Positions 7,824-15,388 of a DNA stretch of 23,103 nucleotides are shown here, in pieces; the first letter of the stretch is position 1; the number at the start of each line of letters is the position of its first letter. A program made the position numbers and the translations under genes. Where the stretch lies: positions 1 through 23,103 of the forward strand of contig JABLTI010000043.1 in the NCBI GenBank assembly GCA_013166835.1. The letters are read 5' to 3'. Below the pieces are notes generated by a model. It was not told the origin of the DNA. It saw only the letters and a program-made list of their open reading frames with translations, and did no database searches. This DNA is from Promethearchaeati archaeon. GTDB taxonomy: Archaea > Asgardarchaeota > Heimdallarchaeia > JABLTI01.

Positions 7824-8780
7824 TTAGCTTTTCATGACACTTCCATAAATTATTCTTTCAATTTCCTTAATTATTCCTTTTATTGTGGGTGTTGCTGTTC
7901 CTACGCCATCTTGAGATTCAGCTTCAAAAATGAATAAGCCAATATATGCTAATTGTCTTTTCATACTTCGATTTCTAATAGCTTCTATCCATACTAAATG
8001 TGGTTGTGCATTAACCCATCCGTATTCATTTCTTTCTTCTAGGGCTAAGCTAATTTTCCAAAATATTGATGGTAAAGTGTTGTGAATGTTTGTTAACGTT
8101 TCTTTAGCAATATCATCTACTATAAAATTGTAGATACCCTCTCCTCGTTTATTATACATAGCAAAACCTGTACAAGATGGAAAAACTGTGGTAAATTGTT
8201 CAAGTATTTTTTTAATTTCAGCTTTTTGTTCTTCAATAATTTCAAGTTCTTCAGAAGGAAACTTTATTGTATCGTGTATTTTTTGAACCGATTCATCAAC
8301 AAGAACTTTTAATTTCTTGTCCTGTTCCAATCTATCTAATTGTCCCAAATAATGAGAAATTTCTGTGTCTAAAGCATCAATAGATACTTTTCCGTCTCTT
8401 TGTTCAACTTTTTCTTTGACAACAAAAAGCTCCATTGCAAACAAAACTAAATCCCCAGCATCCGCAAGATTAATCTTTAATGCTTTTGCAATTATTGATG
8501 AATTTGCTTCAGCAATTTCTTGAATTGTCATATAACCGAGATCTGTTAATGCTTTATTGATTCCCTCTGGATTATCCCCTTGGAATTGTTCTTGAATGTT
8601 CTTCATATGAGCTTTAAGTGCTGTAACAAATAGGCTTTCAGCAGTTGAAATACTTGAATCCAAGATATTCATAATGGTTGGTGGGAGAATTTCCACTAGT
8701 TCTGGTATAGTATTATAACCTGCATCACGTAATCTTTCTAAATAGATTTTTTTTAATTCAGCATCCTTTTCCTTTGACAT
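7824..8780 (-). CDS. Hypothetical protein: two RadA-N-terminal-like HhH modules plus C-terminal roadblock/LC7-like domain
   Basis: Repeats LRDAGYNTIPEL (aa 17-28) and LTDLGYMTIQEI (aa 78-89). C-terminal IKKILEQF...P...GFAMYNKRG...VG...IKGIIKEIERII matches the roadblock helix-strand-strand...helix pattern. Confidence 0.6.
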   Translation of the reverse strand: MSKEKDAELKKIYLERLRDAGYNTIPELVEILPPTIMNILDSSISTAESLFVTALKAHMKNIQEQFQGDNPEGINKALTDLGYMTIQEIAEANSSIIAKALKINLADAGDLVLFAMELFVVKEKVEQRDGKVSIDALDTEISHYLGQLDRLEQDKKLKVLVDESVQKIHDTIKFPSEELEIIEEQKAEIKKILEQFTTVFPSCTGFAMYNKRGEGIYNFIVDDIAKETLTNIHNTLPSIFWKISLALEERNEYGWVNAQPHLVWIEAIRNRSMKRQLAYIGLFIFEAESQDGVGTATPTIKGIIKEIERIIYGSVMKS

Positions 8781-9034
8781 CGGAAATCCAACCAGCTATA
8801 GTAATAAATGGATGTTTCACCTATAAAATATTAATCGCCTGGATTATTATTCATTTTGCTTATGAAAAAAGAACTAATTTTAATTAATTTGGAAACTAAT
8901 AATACGCGCTAATCTTTATGCCAAAAAAACTTAAAAATTAAAGTAAATAGACAAGTTTTCACTAAGTTAATGAATGTAAGTCATTAAATATTAGTATAAC
9001 AGAATATTTACTGTGGTTTAAGTAGGTAAACTTA

Positions 9035-9805
9035 ATGGATTTTTATACTGACAATTTTTCAAGTATCAACGCCCCTCCGGCAGTAGAAATTAACATTCGA
9101 CCTAATATACTTTATACCGATGAATACTCCTACTTAACAAAAGATGAATTAGAAGTTTTATTTCTATTAGCAACTACAGATATGTTTACTGAAGGCTTAT
9201 CTTCTTTTTCATTTTCTGGCATAAAACGTCAACTTGGAAAACATCAACAAAAAATAACTAAAGCTGTAAATAGACTTCTTTCTAAGAATTTGATTTGCAA
9301 AAATAGTATTGGATATTCCATTTCTTCCAAAGGAACTGCTGTTCTCTCAGAGGTAATTAAGGTACAAAATGCAGTTGATTTGCATCAATCTACAGATGAT
9401 TTCTTACAACAAAGAATTGTCTTCAATGAAAACCTACCTCTTAATGAAATAACTAATTTATTAGTGGGTAAATGGTTTGGATCATTTCGTTATATCTCCC
9501 ATACCGATGGAAAAGATTTGATTGTTCGTTGGCAATTAGTTGACAGTCGTGCTTCTGCAACACTACATGTTTTTGATGACGAAGCAATCTTAAGCATTAT
9601 ACCAGATAAACACGATTCCCAGAAATTCTCGTATGAACAAGCGCTAGATGATCTTTCAAGGTACTTTTTTGAAATTCTCTCTTCATTAGGTGTTAATGCT
9701 GTAATTGAATACGAAGGGTGGAGGAGAAGTTCGCTTTCTGAAATAGATTTCCAACAAAGATTCTCAGCCTGGTTGAGTAGTCATAATAATTTGGTTGAAA
9801 ATTAG
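9035..9805 (+). CDS. Winged helix-turn-helix protein with C-terminal alpha/beta domain (putative regulator)
   Basis: FSFSGIKRQLGKHQQKITKAVNRLLSKNLI...GYSISSKG is a wHTH pattern; the second domain carries L-x-G-K-W-F-G-x-x-R. SD AGGT upstream. Confidence 0.7.
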   Translation: MDFYTDNFSSINAPPAVEINIRPNILYTDEYSYLTKDELEVLFLLATTDMFTEGLSSFSFSGIKRQLGKHQQKITKAVNRLLSKNLICKNSIGYSISSKGTAVLSEVIKVQNAVDLHQSTDDFLQQRIVFNENLPLNEITNLLVGKWFGSFRYISHTDGKDLIVRWQLVDSRASATLHVFDDEAILSIIPDKHDSQKFSYEQALDDLSRYFFEILSSLGVNAVIEYEGWRRSSLSEIDFQQRFSAWLSSHNNLVEN

Positions 9806-9965
9806 CCTAATCTTTTTCAAAAAACAGTAATCACTTATCATTCTTTACTAACAAAAAGTTTATTTTTAAAGAGTTTGTGAAAAATTCTTGCATTACTATT
9901 ACTTAGTCATTTTAAATAATGATATCACATGTAATGTTAAAGAAATTAATTTGAGGTTGAAATTC

Positions 9966-10610
9966 ATGCAACCAACAGATATTGAAAAACAACTAGCAAA
10001 GGGAACAACAACAGTTGGTCTTAAATGTAAAGACTGTGCAATCCTTGTTGCTGACATGAGAGCAAGCATGGGAAACTTAGTTGCTTCGGATCATGCAAAG
10101 AAAGTTCATCAATTGAATGACTTCTCTGCTATTACAATTGCCGGACTAGTTTCTGACGCTCAATATATCATCGATATTATGCAAGCTCAAATTCGTTTAT
10201 TCGAGCTTGATCGAAAACGACGACCAAAGACTTCTATGATTGCTAATCTTGTCAAAAACATGCTTTATGGTCAATATCGTGCATACTTCCCATTCTATGT
10301 TCAACTAATTGTTGGCGGATGGGATCAAAAAGGTCCTCACATATTCTCTTTTGATATGGCAGGTTCATTATCAGAAGATGACTGGTTTTCATCTGGATCG
10401 GGTTCACCAATGGCTTTTGGTGTTCTTGAAGCCATGTATGAAAAAGATATGACAGAAAAAGAAGGACTAAAAGTAGCATTGAAAGCCCTAAAATCGGCCA
10501 TAAAAAGAGACACAGCTACCGGTGACGGTATAAGGGCTGTGGTAATTGATAGTAAAGGATTCAGAGAACTATCAAAAGAAGATATAATTGAACTAGGAGG
10601 AGCCATCTAA
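9966..10610 (+). CDS. psmB: 20S proteasome beta subunit (Ntn-hydrolase), predicted active
   Basis: True start is ATG 9966 after SD GAGGTTGA. 13-aa propeptide ending in G, then T1-T-T-V-G, D17, R19, K33, SGSG and RD-x-x-T-G-D. Confidence 0.96.
   Translation: MQPTDIEKQLAKGTTTVGLKCKDCAILVADMRASMGNLVASDHAKKVHQLNDFSAITIAGLVSDAQYIIDIMQAQIRLFELDRKRRPKTSMIANLVKNMLYGQYRAYFPFYVQLIVGGWDQKGPHIFSFDMAGSLSEDDWFSSGSGSPMAFGVLEAMYEKDMTEKEGLKVALKALKSAIKRDTATGDGIRAVVIDSKGFRELSKEDIIELGGAI
10595..10600 (+). promoter_or_regulatory. Shine-Dalgarno site of psmA embedded in the 3' end of psmB
   Basis: AGGAGG ends 11 nt before ATG 10612; the psmB stop (10610) and psmA start are 1 nt apart. Confidence 0.75.
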
Positions 10611-10611
10611 A

Positions 10612-11319
10612 ATGTTTTCACAACCAAGTCAATTCGGTTATGACAAAGCTACAGTTATCTTCTCTCCTGACGGTAGAATTATACAAGTAGAATATGCTCG
10701 CGAAGCTGTAAAAATGGGCAGTACTGCTGTAGGTATAAAAACAGATCAGTATGTAGTTTTAGCTGGACAAAAACGTACTTTTGAACTCATAGAATCTGCT
10801 GATAAGGTTTTCAAAATCGATGATCACATTGCATCAACATTTTCAGGCTACTCAGCTGATGGACGAGCGTTACTCCAAAGAGCAAGAATCGAAGCACAAA
10901 TAGAAAGAATCACTTATGGTGAAGTGATTGATCCAGAAGTACTTTCTGAAAAAATAGGTGACTATTTACAATCCTTTACACAATACGGCGGTGTACGACC
11001 CTTTGGTATTGCTGTCTTATTTGGTAGTGTCTATGAACGCGAAACTTCTTTGTATTTCATAGATCCTGGTGGGGCTATTTTCAGCTGCCTTGCTACCGCA
11101 ATTGGTTCAAACGAAGCAGCAGCAAAAGAGGTTCTAAAGAAAGGTTACAAGAGGAATCTTACCAAGAAAGCAGCAATTAAATTAGCTCTTGATGCTCTCA
11201 AAGCAGCTGTAGAGGACGATGAAACCGTACTTATCGCTGAGATGGCTATTATTGAGACAAAAGATGGATTAGTCCAAGTTTTAAGTCAAAAAGACATTGA
11301 TGAGATCTTAAAATCATAA
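10612..11319 (+). CDS. psmA: 20S proteasome alpha subunit
   Basis: GYD...FSPDGR-x-x-QVEYAREAV signature, K-V-F-x-IDDHI, TQYGGVRPFG, DP-x-G and A-x-AIG. Confidence 0.96.
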   Translation: MFSQPSQFGYDKATVIFSPDGRIIQVEYAREAVKMGSTAVGIKTDQYVVLAGQKRTFELIESADKVFKIDDHIASTFSGYSADGRALLQRARIEAQIERITYGEVIDPEVLSEKIGDYLQSFTQYGGVRPFGIAVLFGSVYERETSLYFIDPGGAIFSCLATAIGSNEAAAKEVLKKGYKRNLTKKAAIKLALDALKAAVEDDETVLIAEMAIIETKDGLVQVLSQKDIDEILKS

Positions 11320-11330
11320 TCTCATTAATC

Positions 11331-11378
11331 CCTTTTTTTCTTTTATTTTTTTCAATTATCATTTATCGATATTTTTTC
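11331..11378 (+). terminator. Oligo-T tract, probable intrinsic terminator of psmB-psmA
   Basis: CTTTTTTTCTTTTATTTTTTTC begins about 12 nt after the psmA stop, between convergent genes. Confidence 0.6.
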
Positions 11379-12095
11379 TTAGCTTTTGATTTTTCGTAGT
11401 AAATTAGGTAAATCTTTTAGAAAAGGTATGATATAGTTTGGCTTTAATTGTTTGAAAGAATGCTGTACTACTTCTTTGAATTCCCCCAGAATACCAACGC
11501 TTTTAACATTTGCTTTTCTACTTGCAATTATATCAGATGGCATATCCCCAATATACAAACATTCATTTGTAGATAATCCTAATCCTTTGACTCCTCTCAA
11601 AATTCCTTCGGGATGAGGTTTTACATGAACACAATCCTCTCGAGTTATTAAGACATCAAATTCCTTTAATATTGGAATTTGTTCTAATGCTTTATTAATA
11701 ACCTCTCTATTTGCTGATGTAACCAGTCCTAATTTGTAATCACTTGCTAGAAGGTTTAAAGTATCAATTACTCCTGGTTGAGGAACAATAATCATTTTGC
11801 ATTTGTTATACATTATTCCTCCTTTAATCACAAATTTCATTCTTTGAAAGAAATTTAATCCCGGAATATTAGAAATTTTGGCAATCATTTGTGGTATATA
11901 TAATGGATTTTGTTTCTCTGGTGCTGTAAGGAGTTTTTGAGCTGTGTTAAAAAGTGCATCAAATACTACTTCTCTTTTAATATCTGGTTTTACTTTCTTC
12001 AATGCATAAAGATAAGACCAACCCACTCGAGCCATTAAGGACGAAATAACTCCATCGAAGTCTAATAGTAATCCTTTAACAGTGTGAGTAGTCAT
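11379..12095 (-). CDS. HAD-IA family hydrolase (phosphoglycolate phosphatase-like)
   Basis: DFDGV motif I, GLVTS motif II, KPHPEG motif III and YIGD-x-x-x-D motif IV. Confidence 0.9.
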   Translation of the reverse strand: MTTHTVKGLLLDFDGVISSLMARVGWSYLYALKKVKPDIKREVVFDALFNTAQKLLTAPEKQNPLYIPQMIAKISNIPGLNFFQRMKFVIKGGIMYNKCKMIIVPQPGVIDTLNLLASDYKLGLVTSANREVINKALEQIPILKEFDVLITREDCVHVKPHPEGILRGVKGLGLSTNECLYIGDMPSDIIASRKANVKSVGILGEFKEVVQHSFKQLKPNYIIPFLKDLPNLLRKIKS

Positions 12096-12277
12096 TTTGA
12101 ATCCTCTTGAACATCATTTTTGTTTAATTTCACATTCATTAAAAGTTATAGTTATGTTCATTTTTCTCTCCAGTATAAGAATTATGATTCAAAAAATTCA
12201 TTGTCGAAATATTCATTTAACTATACCTAACTTAATCTACTACAGTGATTTCAAAGTAAAGGAAGTGAAGGGAAAAT

Positions 12278-13135
12278 ATGTCTGAACACGAGAAAACACT
12301 TACGGAATACATTCATGAACTCAAATCAGAAGATGCAAACGTTCGAATTGAAGCTGCTGTAGCTCTTGGAGATTGGGGAAATGATCGAGCGGTCACTCCA
12401 CTTATAGAGGCACTTTTACATCCAGATGAAAATTTAAGGCGTACCTCTGCTAGAGCACTAAAAGAAATTTCCAATAGGCGTTCAATTGAACCATTAATTA
12501 CTGTCCTTCTAGATGATTCTTCTGCAGAAGTAAGAGCAGAAGCAGCATTTGCTTTGGGATATTTTACCAGATTTGATTTTGAAATTGATGATTTAATCTT
12601 AGGATTAAAGGATGAGCATTATTTAGTTCGTCAGAACGTAGCTTTTGCTTTAGGAAAAATTAAACGACGAAAAGCAGTGAAATCCTTAATTGATATTCTG
12701 AAAACTGATGATAATTACCATGTAAGAGAAATGGCTGCTTGGGCTTTGGGTGAAATCAAAGATAAACGTGCTACTGAAGTATTAATCTCTGCGTTAAATG
12801 ATGATCGATTATCTGTTAGGAAAAACGTTGCGTATGCATTAGGTCGGATACAAGATAGTGCGGCAGCTAATGCATTAAAGTTACAAATGATAAAGGAAGG
12901 CGAATCCAAGGATGCTTCTTGGGCACTCTCTAAAATTCTAAAGAAAAAGGACGCAATATCTGCCTTGAAAGATGCCTACAAGAAGATGCGAAAAGAGAAT
13001 TTTATTAATGATTGCATTGAAATCTGTAGAACTCTCTATAATTTAGAGAGTAAATCTGCAGAGAAATTCCTTAAAGAAATGTTAGAAGATGAAGAACTCT
13101 CACAATATTATGATGCACTAAAAACTGTGTATTAG
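12278..13135 (+). CDS. HEAT-repeat (PBS lyase HEAT-like) protein
   Basis: Six clear ~31-aa repeats (VRIEAAVALG, LRRTSARALK, VRAEAAFALG, VRQNVAFALG, VREMAAWALG, VRKNVAYALG) plus one degenerate repeat. Confidence 0.92.
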   Translation: MSEHEKTLTEYIHELKSEDANVRIEAAVALGDWGNDRAVTPLIEALLHPDENLRRTSARALKEISNRRSIEPLITVLLDDSSAEVRAEAAFALGYFTRFDFEIDDLILGLKDEHYLVRQNVAFALGKIKRRKAVKSLIDILKTDDNYHVREMAAWALGEIKDKRATEVLISALNDDRLSVRKNVAYALGRIQDSAAANALKLQMIKEGESKDASWALSKILKKKDAISALKDAYKKMRKENFINDCIEICRTLYNLESKSAEKFLKEMLEDEELSQYYDALKTVY

Positions 13136-13156
13136 CCCAGAACAAAGAACTTTTGA

Positions 13157-13846
13157 TTACTCGTCATCCTTATCGACTGAAACAATAACTGTGTTAAGAA
13201 CGTCATCTAATAATGGTCGATCCTCTGGTTCAAGAGGTGGCCCATTAATTATTTTTGCTTCTGTTATTTTGGGTGGTTCCCCTAAATCTCTTGCTCCTCT
13301 TCTAGCGGGAGCAGCAGTAGCTACTCTAGATTGTGAAATTGCTCGAGTTAATTTAGATTCGAGTTGATCGATTCTTTTTATTAATTGTAAGACTTCTTCT
13401 TTACTCATTTCAGCTGTTTTTTGTCCTGTGCTTTGTTCACCTTTCGGAATAATTTTACTAAACTTCATTCCTAATTCTTCGATTTTCTGAATTATTTTTT
13501 CATTAGCTTCTTCAGACAATTGATGAACGATTTGAGCATTAGACCCGGATTCAACAGGAGGTTGTGGTCGAAATTGTTCTTTGACTTCTACAAAGTATTC
13601 CCACAATTCATTCAGTTTTGTAGTTGCAGTGTCATCTGACCCTGAGAATGTTTCCGAATAAGTGGGAGGTGGGGTTTTCGCAGAAATTAATCCAAAGTGT
13701 TTCTCATGAAGAGCAGCGATAGATTTTGATAGAATGTCAGAAGTTGAAGGATAACGAGTTAGTAAATCCTCGATTTGATCTTTGGTCTCAGAATTATACT
13801 CATACTCGAGATAAAATTTCAATTCTCTTGTTCTTCGACCACTCAT
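13157..13846 (-). CDS. Hypothetical protein: N-terminal ribbon-helix-helix-like motif, coiled-coil segments, Pro-rich linkers, acidic tail
   Basis: ATG 13846 with GGAG upstream. LKFYL strand, then ETKDQIEDLLTRY and PSTSDILSKSIAAL helices; heptad VLQLIKRIDQLESKL; ends VDKDDE. Confidence 0.5.
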   Translation of the reverse strand: MSGRRTRELKFYLEYEYNSETKDQIEDLLTRYPSTSDILSKSIAALHEKHFGLISAKTPPPTYSETFSGSDDTATTKLNELWEYFVEVKEQFRPQPPVESGSNAQIVHQLSEEANEKIIQKIEELGMKFSKIIPKGEQSTGQKTAEMSKEEVLQLIKRIDQLESKLTRAISQSRVATAAPARRGARDLGEPPKITEAKIINGPPLEPEDRPLLDDVLNTVIVSVDKDDE

Positions 13847-13930
13847 CAATACAATGCTCCAGTTTGTAGTTTACCTGCAATTAGACAATAAATTCTATTT
13901 CTACATAAGTATTTTACGATTTAAAATCAA

Positions 13931-13964
13931 AAAGGCATTGGTTTTTCATTGTTCAATTGCCTTT
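13931..13964 (-). terminator. Imperfect hairpin followed by T-rich tract downstream of the lipoate ligase gene
   Basis: AAAGGCATTG (13931-13940) pairs with CAATTGCCTTT (13954-13964) with one bulge; the minus strand continues TTGATTTT. Confidence 0.45.
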
Positions 13965-13985
13965 CTTCATTCATGTTTTTAGCTC

Positions 13986-14768
13986 TCATCGTTTAAATAA
14001 CCATTCTTCATCTTTAAATAATTCATGAGCAATTCTATTTGCATTTTCATGTTCCTCATCTGAAATCTTTTCATGAATTAATTCAATATCCAAAACAGAG
14101 CTAAGACCATTAATCATAGCATTTCTGATTTTCTCAAATGATGGGGCAACACCTAATTCATCCTCTAAGCTTGAAACTCGCTCTTTTGCAGAGGATATCA
14201 TTTTCGCTTTGAATTTCTCATCAGGAACAACTAATAATGAAAACATTTTTTCTACATTTACTTTCCTAAGAATTGTTCCGTGCTGCAAAATCACTCCACT
14301 CTTTCTTGTAAGAGCACTCCCTGAGATTTTCTTGCCGTTACTCTTTAAGTTAATATCATTTATTGGTTTGAATTCTGCATCTATCCCTAATTCTGTTAAG
14401 CCAAGTACAACCCCTCCACAAATTTTCTCATATATCTTTGGTATATCTCGAGGTAATCTTGGATCATCGTCAAGACAATTCACTGAATACGTTAATTCCC
14501 CTTCAAAATCGTGATATACTGCCCCCCCACCTGTTATCCTTCTAATATAATTCACTTTTTTCTCTTTACAATTCTTAATATTCACAACTTTATTCATTGA
14601 TTGGAAATAACCAATTGAGACAGCAGAAGGTTTCCAACGATAAAGCCTAATAGTATTTTTAGCTTCGCGTGCTGCCACAGCTTCTTGAATCGCTTTATCT
14701 AATCCCATGTTGTAATAACAATCCGCAGCATTTTCTACCCAAATCAATCGCCATTTTTCTTCGGACAT
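13986..14768 (-). CDS. lplA: Lipoate-protein ligase A family, stand-alone catalytic (N-terminal) domain
   Basis: NM-x-x-D, RLY-x-W-x-P-x-A-V-S-I-G-Y-F-Q, RRITGGGAVYHD, NDI, GKKISGSA and QHGT; 260 aa with no C-terminal accessory domain. Confidence 0.92.
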   Translation of the reverse strand: MSEEKWRLIWVENAADCYYNMGLDKAIQEAVAAREAKNTIRLYRWKPSAVSIGYFQSMNKVVNIKNCKEKKVNYIRRITGGGAVYHDFEGELTYSVNCLDDDPRLPRDIPKIYEKICGGVVLGLTELGIDAEFKPINDINLKSNGKKISGSALTRKSGVILQHGTILRKVNVEKMFSLLVVPDEKFKAKMISSAKERVSSLEDELGVAPSFEKIRNAMINGLSSVLDIELIHEKISDEEHENANRIAHELFKDEEWLFKR

Positions 14769-14840
14769 AAAGTTACATTCCTTGACTGAAATATGAAAAC
14801 ATTGAACTTTGAAGATAAAATATTATCCTCTAGCTCAAAT

Positions 14841-15287
14841 TTAGAATTGAAAACCCCAGAAATACCACACGTATAGAATAGTAGATCCAATACTTAACAA
14901 AGTACCAACAACAGCAAGTAGGATTGACTGTCTGATTTTGGGACTGGTACTACCAAGTTTTTTCGCATTCATTGCATAAATTATTGTTAAAATAAGGAAT
15001 ATTATACCTGTCGGACCACAAAAAGTTAACCAAGCAAATGACCAAGCTAACTTTAATTTTGCATCAGCTTGTTGCTGCTGTGTAGCTGCTCCTATAACTT
15101 GAATAATTTGTTGTCTAGGAGTACCAACATACTGCTGGGTTGATGGTTGACTATAACTTGGCTGTTGTGGTTGTGCATAGGAGCTTTTCTTTACAGTAAC
15201 ATCACTTCCGCAAAAACCACAGAATTGTACTTCTTTTTCTAGAATTGCTCCACAATTTGGGCAAATTATGAATTTTTCTTCAGACAA
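14841..15287 (-). CDS. Zinc-ribbon membrane protein (Zn ribbon, Q/P-rich linker, two hydrophobic segments; CD225/DUF4190-like)
   Basis: TTG start; CPNCG-x8-FCGFCG; YAQPQQPSYSQPSTQQY linker; two C-terminal hydrophobic segments separated by a basic loop. Confidence 0.75.
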   Translation of the reverse strand: MSEEKFIICPNCGAILEKEVQFCGFCGSDVTVKKSSYAQPQQPSYSQPSTQQYVGTPRQQIIQVIGAATQQQQADAKLKLAWSFAWLTFCGPTGIIFLILTIIYAMNAKKLGSTSPKIRQSILLAVVGTLLSIGSTILYVWYFWGFQF

Positions 15288-15388
15288 TTTTTTATCCCCT
15301 GAGTAAGGAATGTTTTTCCCATTGAGTTTCTATCATAGATATGGGTGCTTTATATATCTTGCTTTTCAAATTTAAAAAATGATTTTCT

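Noticed and set aside
7824-8780. RadA/Rad51 recombinase or pseudogene
   Set aside because: Only the N-terminal HhH-like modules match. There is no Walker A/B or RecA core, and the ORF is intact with a different C-terminal domain.
9888-9965. 26-aa N-terminal extension of psmB given by the ORF track (TTG start)
   Set aside because: A good SD (GAGGTTGA) precedes ATG 9966, which gives a normal short propeptide; the extension reads as AT-rich intergenic DNA.
9966-11319. Actinobacterial Pup-proteasome operon
   Set aside because: No pup, pafA, dop or mpa/arc nearby. The alpha subunit has the archaeal/eukaryotic FSPDGR-x-x-QVEYA signature and the beta propeptide is short.
12278-13135. HEAT protein as deoxyhypusine hydroxylase (tempting because an agmatinase is nearby)
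   Set aside because: None of the repeats has the His-Glu iron-binding motif that DOHH requires.
13121-13135. HEAT protein C-terminus (KTVY) as a proteasome-activating HbYX motif
   Set aside because: Tyr is the last residue, not the penultimate one. No annotated protein whose C-terminus lies in the window ends in a true HbYX.
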